From Natrialbaceae archaeon (lineage in GTDB: Archaea > Halobacteriota > Halobacteria > Halobacteriales > Natrialbaceae): a stretch of 34,359 nucleotides of DNA. Shown one piece after another: positions 9,483 to 19,823 of this stretch. Position numbers and translations under genes: made by a program. Positions within the stretch are counted from its first letter, which is position 1. Each line of letters starts with the position of its first letter. The stretch spans positions 1 through 34,359 of the forward strand of contig PUPA01000169.1 of assembly GCA_003552885.1 (NCBI GenBank). Direction: 5' to 3'. The notes below the pieces were generated by a model, which worked only from the letters and a program-made list of their open reading frames with translations, did not search any database and had not been told where the DNA came from.

Positions 9483-9538
9483 TCGTCGACCGTCCGCGAA
9501 CCCAAAACTGACTAACTGGCCGGCCACCACCTCGGGGT

Positions 9539-10813
9539 ATGTACGTCTCCATCGTCGGCAGCGGCTACGTCGGCACCACGGTCGCCGCCTGTCTGGCCGA
9601 CCTCGGACACGACGTCGTCAACGTCGAGATCGACGAGGACGTCGTCGACGCGATCAACGCGGGGGAGACCCCGATCCACGAGCCCGGGCTGGCCGAACGG
9701 ATCGCCGAGCACGCCGGCGACCGGCTGCGGGCGACGACCGACTACGACGCGGTCGTCGACACCGACCTCACGATGCTCTGTCTGCCGACCCCCGCCCGCG
9801 AGGACGGCTCGATCGACACCTCGATCGTCGAGGCCGGCGCCGAGGCGCTGGGCGAGGCGCTCGCCGACGTCGACTCCCACACGGTCGTCGTCAAGAGCAC
9901 GGTCGTCCCCGGAACGACCGCGGAGGTCGTCGCCCCGCTGGTTCGTGCCCACGCCGGCGACGCGATCGGTGTGGGGATGAACCCCGAGTTCCTCCGGGAG
10001 GGGTCGGCCGTCGACGACTTCCTCGATCCCGACAAGCTCGTCTTCGGTGCCGACGACGACGCCACGCTCGCGGCGCTGCGGGCGCTTTTCGAGCCGCTGA
10101 TCGAGCGTGTCGATCCGCCGGTCGTCGAAGTCAGCACCCGCGAGGCGGAGACGATCAAGTACGCCAACAACGCCTTCCTCGCGGCGAAGGTCAGCCTGAT
10201 CAACGACATCGGAAACGTCTGCAAGGAGTACGGCGTCGACGCCTACGCGGTCGCGGACGCGATCGGCCTCGACGATCGGATCGGCGACCGCTTCCTGCGG
10301 TCGGGGGTCGGCTGGGGTGGCTCGTGTTTCCCGAAGGACGTCCGGGCCATCGTCGCGGCCGCGAACGAAGCCGGCTACGAGCCGGCGATGCTGGAGGCGG
10401 CCGTCGAGGTGAACGACCGGCAGCCGGAGCGACTGATCGAACTGCTCGCAGACCACGTCGAGCTCGAGGGCGCGCGGATCGCGGTGCTCGGGCTCGCGTT
10501 CAAGCCGGGCACCGACGACGTCCGCAACTCGCGAGCGATCCCCGTGATCGAGGGGCTGCAGGCCCGCGGCGCCGACGTCGTGGGCTACGATCCCGTCGCC
10601 ACGGAGCGCATGCGCGAGCACGTGCCGGGGATCGAGTACGCCGACTCCGCCGAGGGGGCGCTCGCCGGCGCCGACGCCGCGGTCGTCGCCACCGACTGGC
10701 CGGAGTTCGACGACCTCGCGTTCGACGGGATGGCACGGCGGGTGCTCGTCGACGGCCGCCGGATCGACGTCGACGCCGACGCCCTCGAGGTCTACGAGGG
10801 ACTGACCTGGTGA
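9539..10813 (+). CDS. aglM: UDP-glucose 6-dehydrogenase AglM
   Basis: GSGYVG Rossmann motif, [46 protein letters not shown] and C-terminal YEGLTW. Confidence 0.9.
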   Translation: MYVSIVGSGYVGTTVAACLADLGHDVVNVEIDEDVVDAINAGETPIHEPGLAERIAEHAGDRLRATTDYDAVVDTDLTMLCLPTPAREDGSIDTSIVEAGAEALGEALADVDSHTVVVKSTVVPGTTAEVVAPLVRAHAGDAIGVGMNPEFLREGSAVDDFLDPDKLVFGADDDATLAALRALFEPLIERVDPPVVEVSTREAETIKYANNAFLAAKVSLINDIGNVCKEYGVDAYAVADAIGLDDRIGDRFLRSGVGWGGSCFPKDVRAIVAAANEAGYEPAMLEAAVEVNDRQPERLIELLADHVELEGARIAVLGLAFKPGTDDVRNSRAIPVIEGLQARGADVVGYDPVATERMREHVPGIEYADSAEGALAGADAAVVATDWPEFDDLAFDGMARRVLVDGRRIDVDADALEVYEGLTW

Positions 10814-10882
10814 TCGGGCGGAGGGGATCGCCCCAGTGGTCGATCAGTATGCTTTTGCGCCGCGGGGGCAGATACCCCGCCG

Positions 10883-11884
10883 ATGGAAGAAGATGCGCTC
10901 CGTGAGATCCCGGACGGCCGTGGGAAGGTCCTCGCGATGACCGAGACGGAGCGCGAGGTCGACCCGGAGCAGGTCTGTATCCTGATCCCGACCCTCGAGG
11001 AGGCGGCGACGATCGGCGAGGTGATCGACGGGTTCTACGCGGAGGGGTATCCGAACGTGCTCGTCGTCGACGGCGACTCGGATGACGACACCCGCGAGAT
11101 CGCCCGCGAACGCGGCGCGGAGGTGCTCGTCCAGTCGGGGTCGGGTAAAGGCCAGGCCGTCCGGGAGGCAGTAGCGCGGATCGAGCTGCCGTACGTGTTG
11201 ATGGTCGACGGCGACGCCACCTACGATCCGGCCGACGCCGACCGGATGCTCGAGCCGCTCGCCCGCGGATACGAGCACGTGATCGGCAACCGGTTCGCCG
11301 AGATGGACGAGGACGCGATGCGCGCGCTCAACGGCTTCGGCAACCGACTGATAAATCGGGCGTTCGGGTTCGTCCACGGCGCAGACTTCGAGGACATCCT
11401 CTCGGGGTACCGGGCGTTTACGACCGACTCGTTTCGCCGGCTCTCACTGGACGCCGACGGCTTCACGATCGAGACCGAACTCGCCGTCGAGTGTGTGAAA
11501 AACGGCGTCGAGACGACGGTCGTCCCGATCGGCTACAGCGCCCGTCCGGAGGATTCGACGACGAACCTCCACCCGATCAAAGACGGGGGCACGATACTCC
11601 TCGCGCTGTACGCGCTGGCGAAGACGAACAACCCCCTGATCTACTTCGGGAGCGTCGGCACCGGTGCGATCCTCGCCGGCGGCGCCGTCGCCGCCTTCGT
11701 CCTCTACCGGTATCTCGTGGCGGGAATCAGCCACGAGGTGCTCGCGCTCGTCGCGGCCGCCGGGATCCTTCTGGGCGTCCAGCTGCTGATGTTCGGCGTG
11801 CTCTCGGACATGATCGTCACCCTCCACCGCGAGCAACGCCAGCGTCTGGAGCGGCTCAGAGACGACGTCGAACGGAAGCGGTGA
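10883..11884 (+). CDS. aglJ: GT2 dolichol-phosphate glycosyltransferase AglJ
   Basis: ILIPTL.EAATIG, VVDGDSDD, QSGSGKGQAV, DGDATY, DILSGYRAF, GFTIETEL and NNPL.YFG, followed by two TM helices. Start could instead be ATG 10938. Confidence 0.82.
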   Translation: MEEDALREIPDGRGKVLAMTETEREVDPEQVCILIPTLEEAATIGEVIDGFYAEGYPNVLVVDGDSDDDTREIARERGAEVLVQSGSGKGQAVREAVARIELPYVLMVDGDATYDPADADRMLEPLARGYEHVIGNRFAEMDEDAMRALNGFGNRLINRAFGFVHGADFEDILSGYRAFTTDSFRRLSLDADGFTIETELAVECVKNGVETTVVPIGYSARPEDSTTNLHPIKDGGTILLALYALAKTNNPLIYFGSVGTGAILAGGAVAAFVLYRYLVAGISHEVLALVAAAGILLGVQLLMFGVLSDMIVTLHREQRQRLERLRDDVERKR

Positions 11885-11895
11885 AGACGGGTACT

Positions 11896-11953
11896 GACTC
11901 ACCCGAGGAGCCGACGCTGGCGTGGACTCACCCGAGGAACCGACGCCGGCGTG
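11896..11953. repeat. 29-bp tandem duplication of the ppcA 3' end, including its stop codon
   Basis: GACTCACCCGAGGAGCCGACGCTGGCGTG (11896-11924) vs GACTCACCCGAGGAACCGACGCCGGCGTG (11925-11953); 2 mismatches. Confidence 0.88.
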
Positions 11954-13406
11954 CCCCCCGTCGGATCCCCGACCGGACGGCCTCCTCGTCGCCGCGGTCG
12001 AAGGCGTCGATTACCTCGTCGGTCGCCTCCCGGTGACCGTCGTCGGGTTCGACGTCGACGAGTTCCAGGGGTGTCTCGAGCCGAGCGCGCTCGAGATCGA
12101 GCACGTCGGTACACCGTGGGTTGTAGTAGCGGGCGGCCTCCTGGAGGTGATCGAAGAAGGCCGGGAACGTCCCCTCGAGGAAGGTCACGTCGTCGTCGGT
12201 CAGCGCGTGGGCCCCGAGCAGCGTCGGTGGACAGCCGACGGCGTACAGCGAGGCGGTGTAGCCGATCGCCCGGGGGAGGGCGTTCTCGCCGACCTCCCGG
12301 GAGTAGCCGAAGAGCCCGACGTGGAGCTTCCGGGCCCGCCGGTCGGGGACGTACGCCGAGAGCCGGTTCACCGTCGGGGCGATGGCGTCGACCTGGTCGG
12401 CGTAGGCCGCGGCGGTCCGATCGACGACCTCCAGGGCGCGGTCCTCGTCGATCGGCTCGGGCGGCACGCCGAGCTCCGCCCGCTTGAGCCGGTCGATCCC
12501 CTCTCGAACCGTCTCGACGGGGTTGTCGTATTTGAACGCCGACTGGACGGTGAACGTCTCAACTTCCGGATAGGCTGCAGTCGTGGCGTCCGCCCGCTCG
12601 GGGGTCAGGTTCCCCCGGAACGGGGCCGACCCCGCACCCAGGATCGGGTGGACGTCGATCCCGACGTCGTCGGCCATCCGGTAGAGGCGCGCGAGTGCGA
12701 CCTTGTTGATCAGGTCCGCCGCGACAGAACCGTAGTTGAGTGCGGGATCCGAGCGGGCGAGAAACACGCGCACCGACTCCCGATCCTGGGCGGTCGCGTA
12801 CTCGCGGACGATCTCGTCGGCCCGGAGCATCGCCTCGCGCTCTTCGATCAGGGGGATGACGGCGATCTCCGCGGGCTCGAACGGGCCGACCCACTCCTCT
12901 ACGGTCCGGCCGTTCCAGACGCTCCGGGAGCCTTTGCCGGCGACGAACGACCGGTAGTACTCCTCGACGGCGTTGAGCTGGTCGGCGTCGGTGACCATCG
13001 GCACGATCACCTCGTGGATCGGTGAGACGGTCTCGAGGCCGTGTTCGTCCGAAAAGAGCGCCGCGGCGTCGTACGACCGGGGGATGCTCTCTAGGATCTC
13101 GAGGAGGATCTTCGCCTCCGACTCCTCGAGGGCCGGGTTCGGCCCCCTGATCGTCAGCCGGAACCCCTCTCCGAGCCGGCAGTCGGTGAAGTAGTCGTCG
13201 TACCGCGAGAGCAGCTTCTTCACGGCGTAGTTGTCGCCCTCTTTTCCCTCGAAGTCCCACATCCCCTCGTCACAGCCGAGATGCGAGGAGACGTAGTAGG
13301 CCTCCTGGATCTCGTCTTCGCCCTCGATGACCTCGCCGGCGGTAAAGAAGGGGAGCGTCGCGTTGTCCGGATGCTGGGTGCTCATCACCCGCGGGACGTC
13401 GGTCAT
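11928..13406 (-). CDS. ppcA: Archaeal-type phosphoenolpyruvate carboxylase
   Basis: About 492 aa. PRVMSTQHPDN, MWDFEGK, RVFLARSDPALNYG, GSAPFRG, TVQSAFKYD, RKLHVGLFGYSR and LPRAI...ASLY. Start ATG 13406. Confidence 0.92.
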   Translation of the reverse strand: MTDVPRVMSTQHPDNATLPFFTAGEVIEGEDEIQEAYYVSSHLGCDEGMWDFEGKEGDNYAVKKLLSRYDDYFTDCRLGEGFRLTIRGPNPALEESEAKILLEILESIPRSYDAAALFSDEHGLETVSPIHEVIVPMVTDADQLNAVEEYYRSFVAGKGSRSVWNGRTVEEWVGPFEPAEIAVIPLIEEREAMLRADEIVREYATAQDRESVRVFLARSDPALNYGSVAADLINKVALARLYRMADDVGIDVHPILGAGSAPFRGNLTPERADATTAAYPEVETFTVQSAFKYDNPVETVREGIDRLKRAELGVPPEPIDEDRALEVVDRTAAAYADQVDAIAPTVNRLSAYVPDRRARKLHVGLFGYSREVGENALPRAIGYTASLYAVGCPPTLLGAHALTDDDVTFLEGTFPAFFDHLQEAARYYNPRCTDVLDLERARLETPLELVDVEPDDGHREATDEVIDAFDRGDEEAVRSGIRRGARRRRFLG

Positions 13407-13491
13407 GGTTCGAGGTCGACGCGCCGTGAACAAAAAAGCGCCCGCTAACGACGCAACGGTCGACGAGGCGACGGCTCGCCCGGTCCGTAGC

Positions 13492-14034
13492 TCACCGCAA
13501 GTCGCCGTTCGCGTCCGAGTCGGACACCATCGACAGACGCTCGATGCCGCCGATCTCGTCGACGACCTCGACGACCGGACCGGGGACGAGGCTCTCCCAG
13601 TCGCCGTCTTCGATCATCCGTTCGCGGACCTCGGTGCCCTCTAGCACCTCGCGGTTGAACATCGGCGACTGGCGGACCTCGACGCCGGCCTCTCGGAACA
13701 GCTGGATCACGAGCGGGTTGTTCGAGTAGGCGACCTCGAACTCCGGACACATACTCCGGACGTGGCTCACCCACACCGAGTTTCGTTCCAGGTCCTCGAT
13801 CGGGACGGCGTAGGTCACGAGCTCCGTCCCGTCGGTCCGCTCCCACTCGACCAGGGACTTCGTGATCATCATGATGCGCTCGCCCGCGGTGAACGGGTTG
13901 CGCTCGGTGTGTGAGTCGCCGGCGCTGCCGATCCCGAGGACGAGTTCGTCGACCTCGGTGGCGATCTCCTCGATCATCCTGAGGTGACCGTCGTGAAACG
14001 GCTGGAACCGGCCGATGTAGAACCCCCGGATCAT
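13492..14034 (-). CDS. nadM: Nicotinamide-nucleotide adenylyltransferase
   Basis: RGFYIGRFQPFHDGH, IGSA..SH...NPFTAGER, YSNNPLV and GTEVR. Confidence 0.93.
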   Translation of the reverse strand: MIRGFYIGRFQPFHDGHLRMIEEIATEVDELVLGIGSAGDSHTERNPFTAGERIMMITKSLVEWERTDGTELVTYAVPIEDLERNSVWVSHVRSMCPEFEVAYSNNPLVIQLFREAGVEVRQSPMFNREVLEGTEVRERMIEDGDWESLVPGPVVEVVDEIGGIERLSMVSDSDANGDLR

Positions 14035-14197
14035 GGCGGATACTCGGCCGTGGCGGTCTTAAGGGTGGCGAGGTCGATTTTCGGCCCGAAGTGGAGAATT
14101 CGAGGGCCTCAGCCCTCCTATCCATCTTCGGTCCGATCCTTCGAGGGAGAAAGTATATCAGTGCGAATCCCCTCGGTTGGAGTACCGAAACAGTTCT

Positions 14198-16399
14198 ATG
14201 AGCAACGACACGAACGTCGACGATCCTCCCGAGGGGGCGCCCGAACCACAGGGGGCTCCCGGTTCGTCGGCCGAGGGCGAGATCGTCGAGGGCGAAGAGC
14301 GCCCGTCCGACGACGAGGGCGACCCCGAACGGGTCCCGGAGCCGAGCCACGGAGGCGAGAGGAGTCGACGCGACGAGCCGGACCACGGGGGCGAAGAGCC
14401 CCTTCCAGGGGAGCGCTCCGGAGGGGACGACGACGTCGAGACCGTCGAGGACCTCGGCAGCACCGTCGAGGTCGACGAGGGCGCCGAGGTCGACGATGCG
14501 ATCGCCGACGAAGACCTGATCGGCGGGCTCAAGATCGATTCCACCGAGGACATCGAGGTCCCAGACCGACTCGTCGACCAGGTGATCGGCCAGGACGAAG
14601 CGCGGGACATCATCATCAAGGCGGCCAAGCAGCGCCGGCACGTGATGATGATCGGCTCGCCCGGGACGGGCAAGTCGATGCTGGCGAAAGCGATGAGCCA
14701 GCTGCTCCCGAAAGAGGACCTCCAGGACGTCCTCGTCTATCACAACCCCGACGACGGCAACGAACCGAAAGTCCGGACCGTGCCGGCGGGGAAGGGCGAA
14801 CAGATCATCGACGCCCACAAAGAAGAAGCCAGAAAGCGCAACCAGATGCGCTCGATCCTGATGTGGATCATCATCGCGGTGATCATCGTCTACTCGTTTA
14901 TCATCGGGAACATCCTGCTCGGGATCCTCGCGGCCGGTATCATCTGGCTGATCTTCCGGTACACCTCCCGGGGAACCGACGCGATGGTGCCGAACATGAT
15001 CGTCAACAACGGCGACCAGCGCCAGGCGCCGTTCGAGGACGCCACCGGCGCCCACGCCGGCGCGTTGCTGGGTGACGTCCGCCACGACCCGTTCCAGTCC
15101 GGCGGGATGGAGACGCCCAGCCACGACCGCGTCGAACCCGGCGCGATCCACAAGTCGAACAAGGGCGTGCTGTTCGTCGACGAGATCAACACCCTGGACG
15201 TCCGCACCCAGCAGAAGCTGATGACGGCGATCCAGGAGGGGGAGTTCTCGATCACCGGCCAGTCCGAACGCTCCTCGGGCGCGATGGTCCAGACCGAGCC
15301 CGTCCCCTGTGATTTCATCATGATCGCGGCGGGGAACCTGGATGCGATGGAGAACATGCACCCCGCACTCCGCAGCCGGATCAAAGGCTACGGCTACGAG
15401 GTGTACATGGAGGATACGATCGAGGACAACGCGGAGATGCGCCGGAAGTACGCCCGGTTTATCGCCCAGGAGGTCGAACGAGACGGCCGCCTGCCCCACT
15501 TCACCCGCGAGGCCGTAGAGGAGGTCATCCTCGAGGCCAAACGGCGTGCGGGCCGCAAAGAGCACCTGACGCTTCACTTCCGGAACCTCGGCGGGCTCGT
15601 CCGCGTCGCCGGCGACATCGCCCGCGCGGAGGACACCGACTTCACCACCCGCGAACACGTCCTGCGGGCGAAAGACCGCTCGCGGTCGATCGAACAGCAA
15701 CTCGCCGACGACTACATCGAGCGGCGCAAGGACTACGAGCTGCAGGTCAGCGAGGGTGGCGTCGAGGGTCGGGTCAACGGGCTGGCCGTCATGGGCGAGG
15801 ACTCGGGGATCATGCTCCCCGTGATGGCCGAGATCGCCCCCGCACAGGGGGGTGGGAAGGTGATCGCCACCGGCCAGCTCAAGGAGATGGCCGAGGAGTC
15901 CGTCCAGAACGTCTCGGCGATCATCAAGAAGTTCTCGGACGTCGACCTCTCGGAGAAGGACGTCCACATCCAGTTCGTCCAGGCCGGCGAGGGCGGCGTC
16001 GACGGCGACTCCGCCTCGATCACGGTCGCGACCGCCGTCATCTCCGCGCTGGAGGACATCCCGGTCGACCAGCGGGTGGCGATGACCGGCTCGCTGTCCG
16101 TGCGCGGGGACGTCCTCCCCGTCGGCGGCGTCACCCACAAGATCGAGGCCGCGGCGAAAGCCGGCTGCGATCGGGTGATCATCCCCAAGACCAACGAACA
16201 GGACGTGATGATCGAAGACGAGTACAAGGAGATGATCGAGATCATCCCCTGTTCGAACATCAGCGAGGTGCTCGAAGTCGCCCTGATGGGCGAACCCGAG
16301 AAGGACTCGCTGCTCGATCGGCTGAAGTCGATCACCGGCTCGGCGTTCGACGGCCAGGTCGCCAGCTCGACGGGCGGCCAGAGTCCGAGCCCACAGTAG
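14198..16399 (+). CDS. lonB: Membrane-anchored ATP-dependent protease LonB
   Basis: Walker A GSPGTGKS, two TM helices inserted in the AAA domain, LFVDEIN, catalytic VDGDSAS and [11 protein letters not shown]. Start ATG 14198; AAAGTATAT at 14150-14158. Confidence 0.95.
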   Translation: MSNDTNVDDPPEGAPEPQGAPGSSAEGEIVEGEERPSDDEGDPERVPEPSHGGERSRRDEPDHGGEEPLPGERSGGDDDVETVEDLGSTVEVDEGAEVDDAIADEDLIGGLKIDSTEDIEVPDRLVDQVIGQDEARDIIIKAAKQRRHVMMIGSPGTGKSMLAKAMSQLLPKEDLQDVLVYHNPDDGNEPKVRTVPAGKGEQIIDAHKEEARKRNQMRSILMWIIIAVIIVYSFIIGNILLGILAAGIIWLIFRYTSRGTDAMVPNMIVNNGDQRQAPFEDATGAHAGALLGDVRHDPFQSGGMETPSHDRVEPGAIHKSNKGVLFVDEINTLDVRTQQKLMTAIQEGEFSITGQSERSSGAMVQTEPVPCDFIMIAAGNLDAMENMHPALRSRIKGYGYEVYMEDTIEDNAEMRRKYARFIAQEVERDGRLPHFTREAVEEVILEAKRRAGRKEHLTLHFRNLGGLVRVAGDIARAEDTDFTTREHVLRAKDRSRSIEQQLADDYIERRKDYELQVSEGGVEGRVNGLAVMGEDSGIMLPVMAEIAPAQGGGKVIATGQLKEMAEESVQNVSAIIKKFSDVDLSEKDVHIQFVQAGEGGVDGDSASITVATAVISALEDIPVDQRVAMTGSLSVRGDVLPVGGVTHKIEAAAKAGCDRVIIPKTNEQDVMIEDEYKEMIEIIPCSNISEVLEVALMGEPEKDSLLDRLKSITGSAFDGQVASSTGGQSPSPQ

Positions 16400-17398
16400 A
16401 TGGCCCAGTGGGTGGCGTTCGCGGCACTCACGGGCGTCGTCCTGGCGCTGTTGCTCGTTCTCTCACACCTCACGACGGTCGCGTTCGAGGACGGTGACGA
16501 CCTCGGGCCGACCACCGACCGGGATCACGGGGGCGACGAACGCGTCGTCGGACCGCGATTCGATCCGTCCAGGTCGGACGGGAGCCGGGACGTCACGGCC
16601 GATCGAACCGACGCCGCATCGTCGCTCCCCTCGACAGAGGTCGTCCGGATCGACGAACCCTCCGAGACGGGTGTCGATCGGAGCCGAGCGGACGGGTCGG
16701 TCGATGGCCGGCGGGGCGAGGAGGTAGCCGGCTCCGACGGACCGGCCATCCGCGGCGAACGAACCGACGACCGGGGCGTCGAACCGGAGTCGCTGTCGAC
16801 CGCGGCGTTGCTCGCGAACGTCGCCGTCTCCCAGGGACTCTTCGCGGTCGTGCTGATCGGCGGGGCGATCTACACGGGAATCCCCGCCGACGCGCTGGGG
16901 ATCGCGTTCGACCGGGCGTACCTCCGGGAGGGGCTGGTCGTCGGCGTCGGGCTCGGGGTGGTCCTCTACGCGCTCAACGAGGTCGGCGCGGCGGGGGCGA
17001 AACGCGCGGAAATCGACCTCAGCGAGGAGCTCCGGGAGCTGCTCGCGCCGGAGTCGGCCGGCGGCTGGCTCGTCCTCCTGTTCGTCGTGTTGCCGATCAT
17101 CGCCGTCTTCGAGGAGCTGTTGTTCCGGGCGGCGCTCGTCGGCGCGCTCTCTGTGGGCTTTGGGATCTCCCCCTGGCTGCTCGCGGTCGGCTCGTCGGTC
17201 GCGTTCGCGGTCGGCCACGGCATGCAGGGCACCGCGGGGGTGATCGTCACGGGCACCCTCGGGTTCGTCCTCGCGGCCGCGTTCGTCCTCACCGGGAGCC
17301 TCCTCGTCGTGATCGTCGCCCACTACCTGATAAACGTCCTCGAGTTCGTCGTCCACGAGGGCCTCGACGTCGACCCGCTCGGAACCACCGGGAGCTAA
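16400..17398 (+). CDS. CPBP/Abi family intramembrane glutamic endopeptidase
   Basis: EELLFR, F...HG.QG and VAHYLIN motifs with multiple TM segments. Abuts the lonB stop; lon-abi pairing is known in haloarchaea. Confidence 0.85.
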   Translation: MAQWVAFAALTGVVLALLLVLSHLTTVAFEDGDDLGPTTDRDHGGDERVVGPRFDPSRSDGSRDVTADRTDAASSLPSTEVVRIDEPSETGVDRSRADGSVDGRRGEEVAGSDGPAIRGERTDDRGVEPESLSTAALLANVAVSQGLFAVVLIGGAIYTGIPADALGIAFDRAYLREGLVVGVGLGVVLYALNEVGAAGAKRAEIDLSEELRELLAPESAGGWLVLLFVVLPIIAVFEELLFRAALVGALSVGFGISPWLLAVGSSVAFAVGHGMQGTAGVIVTGTLGFVLAAAFVLTGSLLVVIVAHYLINVLEFVVHEGLDVDPLGTTGS

Positions 17399-17423
17399 GA
17401 GGGCGGGCCCCTTCGCCCGAGCT

Positions 17424-17771
17424 ATGAGCGGCATCCAGTCGTTTCCGGAGCCGGTGCGACGGGCGTTGATCGGGGGCGTGATCCTCTACTTCGCGCTCGT
17501 GCTCGTCGCGGTCGTGACGGGGAACGCCCTCGCCAACCTGCTCTCACTCGCCCTCTTCGGGGTCATCGCCGTCGGTCTCGGGGTCGTCCTGATCCAGGAG
17601 GCCGAGGGTGAACGGACGCCGATCCGCGCGGCGGGCATCCTGCTCGTCGTCGCCGGCGGCGCTCGGTTTGCGTGGCTGGTGACCGGGGAAGGCGTATTCG
17701 AGACGGTGACGACGATCGGCGTGATTTTCGGTATCGCCATCTACGCGTATGCGGTGTACGTCGCGAGCTGA
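17424..17771 (+). CDS. Hypothetical membrane protein (about 4 TM)
   Basis: 115 aa ORF with four hydrophobic segments, codirectional with lonB-abi. Confidence 0.65.
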   Translation: MSGIQSFPEPVRRALIGGVILYFALVLVAVVTGNALANLLSLALFGVIAVGLGVVLIQEAEGERTPIRAAGILLVVAGGARFAWLVTGEGVFETVTTIGVIFGIAIYAYAVYVAS

Positions 17772-17820
17772 GACGAAAGCCGCCGCCGGATTTATGCGAC
17801 CGACCGCCGTCGGGGTCGCC

Positions 17821-18255
17821 GTGCACGTCTCGGTTCTCGGAACGACGATCGAGCTCGACGGGACCGCCGTCGCGGAGCCGGAAGCGGAGATCCGCCGCCA
17901 GCTGGCGGCGTACGAGCGCGGCGAGCGGCGGACGTTCGAGCTGACGGTCGAGGAGCCCCCGGGGCTGACCGGCGAGGTGATGGCCGCGATGGCGGAGATC
18001 TCCTACGGGGAGAGCCGGACGTACGGCGAGCTGGCCGACGAGCTCGACACCGCCCCCGTCGCCGTCGGCGGCGCCTGTGGGCGCAACCCCGTCCCGGTGG
18101 TCGTCCCCTGTCACCGCGTGGTCGGCCACGACGGCGGACTCCGTGGCTACTCGACGGCCGGCGGGGTGGCGACCAAACGGGCGTTACTCGAGTTCGAGGC
18201 CCGACGGTCGGACCCGGCACAGAGCCGGTTCCCGTGGTCGCCTCCGGAGGAATAA
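17821..18255 (+). CDS. ogt: Methylated-DNA--protein-cysteine S-methyltransferase
   Basis: I.YGESRTYGELA, VGGACGRNPVPVVVPCHRVV (active-site PCHR) and GG...KRALLEFE. GTG start at 17821 inferred from TTTATG at 17791. Confidence 0.85.
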   Translation: MHVSVLGTTIELDGTAVAEPEAEIRRQLAAYERGERRTFELTVEEPPGLTGEVMAAMAEISYGESRTYGELADELDTAPVAVGGACGRNPVPVVVPCHRVVGHDGGLRGYSTAGGVATKRALLEFEARRSDPAQSRFPWSPPEE

Positions 18256-18266
18256 CGCCGACGGCT

Positions 18267-18331
18267 GACGAGGTCGACCGCAGCCTGTTGGACGGAGTCG
18301 ACCGCAGCCTGCTGGACGGGGTCGAATGCAG
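18267..18331. repeat. About 2.7 x 24-bp imperfect tandem repeat between convergent ogt and MFS genes
   Basis: GACGAGGTCGACCGCAGCCTGTTG / GACGGAGTCGACCGCAGCCTGCTG / GACGGGGTCGAATGCAG. Confidence 0.82.
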
Positions 18332-18359
18332 ACGGCCGAACGGGCCCAGCCCCGGACCG

Positions 18360-19604
18360 TCACCCCTCCGGGAGCCGACTCGTCGCCGCGATCACGAGGA
18401 GTGCGAGCGCCGCCAGCGCGAGAAACGCCTCGTCGAAGAAGCCGAGGTCCGCGGCCGCACCGAAGGCGGCCGGGCTCGCCGCACCGATCGTAAAGGAGAC
18501 GGTCCGGATGACCCCGAAACCCGAGCCCTGGATCTCCGCGGGGAGGGCGACGATCAGATACGACTGGGTGACCGTCGCGAAGCCGAGTAAGGCACTCGAG
18601 AGGATGGTGACCACGACGAGTGGACCAAGCCCGTGGACGAACGGCAACGCGGCGATCCCGACCGCCGAGATCCCCATGACGACGACGAGCGACCGGCGGA
18701 TCCCGATCCGGTCGTAAGCGGCCCCCGAGAGCGGCTGGACGGCGACCCCGAGGGCGAAAAAGAGCCCGAACAGGATCCCGGCCCGGGTCGCCGAGAGCCC
18801 CTTCTCCTCGATGAGATACGTCGGGTAGAAGCCCGTAAACGCCTGCCAGAGACAGACCCCGAGCAACAGCGTCACCGTTCCGTAGCCGACCGACGGTCGG
18901 CGGAGGCCCGCGAAGGTCTCGCGGATCGCCTCGAGGCTGAGCGCGTCCTCGTCGCCGGCGGCCTCGCGGCCGCCGACGGGGACGACCAGCCAGAGGGCGA
19001 CGGCGACGAGGACAAAAAGCGGGATGGCGAACGCGAAGCCGTACTGCCAGGCCACGGCCGCGGCGATCAGTCCCCCGATCGGCGGGAGCACCGACTGGCC
19101 GGCGTCGGCGGCCGCGGAGGTGACGCCGTTTGCCGCCCCGACCCGCTCGGGGTAGAGCCCCGCGAGCAGGGTGTAGCGGGCGACGGCGTACAGGGCGATG
19201 CCGGCGCCAAAGAGCGCGGTCGCGACGAACAACACGGCCGTCGACCCCGCGGTGACGACCAGCCCCAGGGTCAGCGCCGAGACGGCCGTGCTCACGGCCA
19301 GGACGATCCGCTCGCCAAAGCGGTCGGCGAGCAGCCCACCGGGGAGCTGACCGAGGCCGTAGGCGAGAAAGAGGACGGTCAACAGGACGCCGGCGGTCGC
19401 CAGATCGAGGTCGTACGCCTCCCGGAGCTGTGGGAGCACCACCGGGTAGATCATCCGCACGCCGATGGAGAGAAACCAGCCGGCCGCGGCGGCGACGAGG
19501 ATCGGACCACGCCCCTCGCTCCAGAGCATCGACCCCTCGTGTCTGATCGTCGTGAGCGTGGACACGCGTGTGAGTGTCTCCGCCGGCGGCTTCTCCGCTC
19601 TCAC
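18360..19604 (-). CDS. MFS transporter
   Basis: About 12 hydrophobic segments; MFS motif A GLLADRFGER and second-half GAAYDRIGIRR. Start uncertain (19604, 19565 or 19529). Confidence 0.85.
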   Translation of the reverse strand: MRAEKPPAETLTRVSTLTTIRHEGSMLWSEGRGPILVAAAAGWFLSIGVRMIYPVVLPQLREAYDLDLATAGVLLTVLFLAYGLGQLPGGLLADRFGERIVLAVSTAVSALTLGLVVTAGSTAVLFVATALFGAGIALYAVARYTLLAGLYPERVGAANGVTSAAADAGQSVLPPIGGLIAAAVAWQYGFAFAIPLFVLVAVALWLVVPVGGREAAGDEDALSLEAIRETFAGLRRPSVGYGTVTLLLGVCLWQAFTGFYPTYLIEEKGLSATRAGILFGLFFALGVAVQPLSGAAYDRIGIRRSLVVVMGISAVGIAALPFVHGLGPLVVVTILSSALLGFATVTQSYLIVALPAEIQGSGFGVIRTVSFTIGAASPAAFGAAADLGFFDEAFLALAALALLVIAATSRLPEG

Positions 19605-19823
19605 GTATCAACCTTCCGACTCCCGGCTCCCGGGTGAGGGTGTCGGTAATTCGGTGGACAGAGGTGTCCGAACGGCCGTGTACCGATCGAAGCCGGTTCC
19701 GGAGCGGCCGAAATATCAGATACAAACGTTATCTTTCCGCGGCTGTCGAGAGCCGGAGAGCCGACTCGGAGGGCGCAGGCCGACGCACGAAGCGTTTTGC
19801 CCCCTCGCCGTCGCCGTGGAGGT

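Noticed and set aside
13432..13437. T6 tract as the nadM terminator
   Set aside because: It also sits 26-31 bp upstream of the ppcA ATG, where a TATA box is expected; the role cannot be assigned from sequence alone.
13445..16138. 897-aa minus-strand ORF and the many other long antisense or alternate-frame ORFs (e.g. 2662-4140, 6929-8536, 18184-19725)
   Set aside because: They are shadows of well-supported genes in high-GC DNA: Arg/Pro/Gly-rich or antisense-codon composition and no family motifs.
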